This document shows, in pieces, positions 62,050-64,000 of a DNA stretch of 64,000 bases (position 1 is its first letter; every line of letters begins with the position of its first letter). The notes under the pieces were generated by a model. The model worked only from the letters and a program-made list of their open reading frames with translations. It had not been told where the DNA came from and did not search any database. This stretch comes from the human T2T-CHM13v2.0 reference genome, Homo sapiens. The stretch lies in the NCBI RefSeq assembly GCF_009914755.1, contig NC_060926.1; one strand, 5' to 3'. The position numbers were made by a program, and so were the translations under genes.

Positions 62050-64000
62050 AGGAAAAAAAATGGTATAAAGAAATTTTTTTCCCAAGCATTAACTCAAACC
62101 AACAGAAATAAAGAGGAGGCAATCGCACTGGAAGCTGCAGAGAAAATGTGTGAGGGGGATGTGATTCGGCAGACTCAAGGCAGCAAGTGGAGCAGCAGAG
62201 AAGCACCTGATGCATCCCACAGACGCCTGATAGAGGGCAGAACCAGCAGCCCCACTTTGGGAGGGAAGGCAAAGGGGAAGCTCAAAACCAGAAGATGGGT
62301 GGGAAGTCGGCTTCAGCAGCGGTCAGAGCCCATCCCTGATCCACACAGACAGGCACCTGCCCTGCCACACCCTGGTAGAATATGTAAGAGGTAAAACACA
62401 AGGTGTCTGGGCTGGGGAATATGGACACAGCTGAGGGCTGGGGTGAGTAATGAAAAGAGAGGAATTAAAAGAACATTTATATTGACAATCTAAACGTTGA
62501 GATTTTTTCAGCCCTTTTGTGCAACTCAGCTTCTAAAACACTGGCAGTGGTGTCTCCACTCGAGGCTGGACACTGGAAGATCCTCCTCTGGGGAACCTGA
62601 ACAGCTCAAGAGGAAAGACCAAAAAAATACTGAAGTATGAGTTCCCCAAAGAAATGACCCAGCCATGTCAGCCTACAGTTGACAAACCCCACCTGCACAC
62701 TTGGAGTGTCCATTCAGCCTTCCAGCATCCACTCAGAATAAGCAGCCAACACGGCATTATCAAACATTTAAGGAAAGCCTTTAAAAAAAAAAATACAGGC
62801 AAAAGCAACAGGGTGAAGGGGACAAGGTGAGGGGAGATTATACAGGAAGAAGAAACCGAAATGATCCATTAATGATACGTTCATGAAATAAAACCAGGAT
62901 GTTCTCTTGAAAAGTAAAATAAAAGGAACATTTACAGAGTAAATGAAAGCACTTGGAAATTAATATAGAAGCCATAAAAACTTATGGAAGGCTGGGACAG
63001 CAAGTAGACGAAATTCACCAGAAAGTGTTATAAAAATAGAGTGATGGAAAATAAGAAAGAAAGTAAATGTAGAGGACCAGTAAAAGAGTTCTAATCTCCA
63101 AATAATGGGGCTTTTAGAAAGAACTGAGAAAATGGAAGAAATCATCAATGGAATAATTCAAAAGAATTGTCCAGCACTGATGGACAAAGTTTCAAAGAAT
63201 AAAAGGACTCACCAAGTATCCAGCATAAGGGATGGAAACAGACCCATACAAAAGCACTTCAGGGAAATTTCAGAACACTGGGAACCAAGCAAAGACCTCA
63301 CAAGCCTCCAGAGAGAAATGAAAGGTCACATACAAAAAATAAGGAGTCATAATGGTTTCAGAAGTCTCAATAGCAATGTGGAAACAAGAACTCAGTGACA
63401 CAACATCTTTAAATTAAAGTTATTTCTAACCTGGAATTCTATAGCAAGACAAACTAACAATTCAGTGTGAAGGTAGAATAATGGCACTTTCCGATATGCA
63501 AAGGGTCACCAATGTACTTCATTTTTTTTCAGAAAGCTACTAAAGGATGTGTTCCACCAAAACGACACCATAAACCAAGCAAGTCAAAAAAGAAAAAGAG
63601 AAGACATGGGATTCAGGTTGAGGACCAGGGCATCCAACATGGAGAAAGATGAAAGTCATGATGATGGCTGAGGGGGATCCTATGAAGACAGTTATCCTCA
63701 ACACACTGAGGGCAGCTAGTCCTAACTGGAACAGGTCAGAGTATTCTAGAAGATACTTCTTTAAGAAGATGGAATTGATAGAACCCTCAATGAATGCATG
63801 AAGTGTTCTATCTGAATGCATGGAGAGATGTAACTATTGACAGAATTTGGAGCTAAACCAGTGGTAAGTATATAAAACTCTAAGCAAACAAATTATCAAA
63901 AAGATAATGACCAACTCCAGCAAAAGTATAAAGTTATGCAGAAAAGGTAAAATAATAATAATGTTCTAAATGATTCATTGTGAACAATGTTTACATAGTT
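62050..64000 (+). mobile_element. Ancient L1M 5' region / ORF1 relic
   Basis: ORF 63105..63398 (EEIINGIIQKNCPAL...RTHQV...RPIQKH) resembles the L1 ORF1p motif EIIQENFP..RAHR..RPTPRH. aacctggaattctatagcaagacaaacta resembles PRILYPAKL. The left boundary is uncertain. Confidence 0.72.

Noticed and set aside
61862-62394. GC-richer segment with ORFs, possible promoter
   Set aside because: Few CpGs; better explained as an old L1 5' region.
63105-63398. 97-aa ORF
   Set aside because: Decayed L1 ORF1, not a host gene.

Overview
Primate, most likely human, genomic DNA that is AT-rich and repeat-dense. It covers the 3' part of FTCDNL1 (FONG, formiminotransferase cyclodeaminase N-terminal like) on the minus strand. 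I recognise the gene from memory of the protein, via a 186-nt internal coding exon (43195-43380, [62 protein letters not shown]) and a terminal exon starting at 36358 that adds ACFRAL*. The upstream exons are not visible and presumably lie beyond the right edge. The rest is about 30 Alus, a full-length Tigger1 broken by four Alus, a two-LTR ERVL (LTR16/HERV16-like) provirus relic, MaLR solo LTRs, old L1/L2/MIR pieces, hAT/Tc2 elements and several repeat-poor unique blocks. Almost all ORFs in the track are Alu, microsatellite or chance ORFs. I found no convincing new biological system. The most interesting signal is the apparently truncated FTCDNL1 3' end, which has several improvised C-termini, one set by a T16 homopolymer. 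Repeat subfamily names are by eye and need RepeatMasker/Dfam confirmation.
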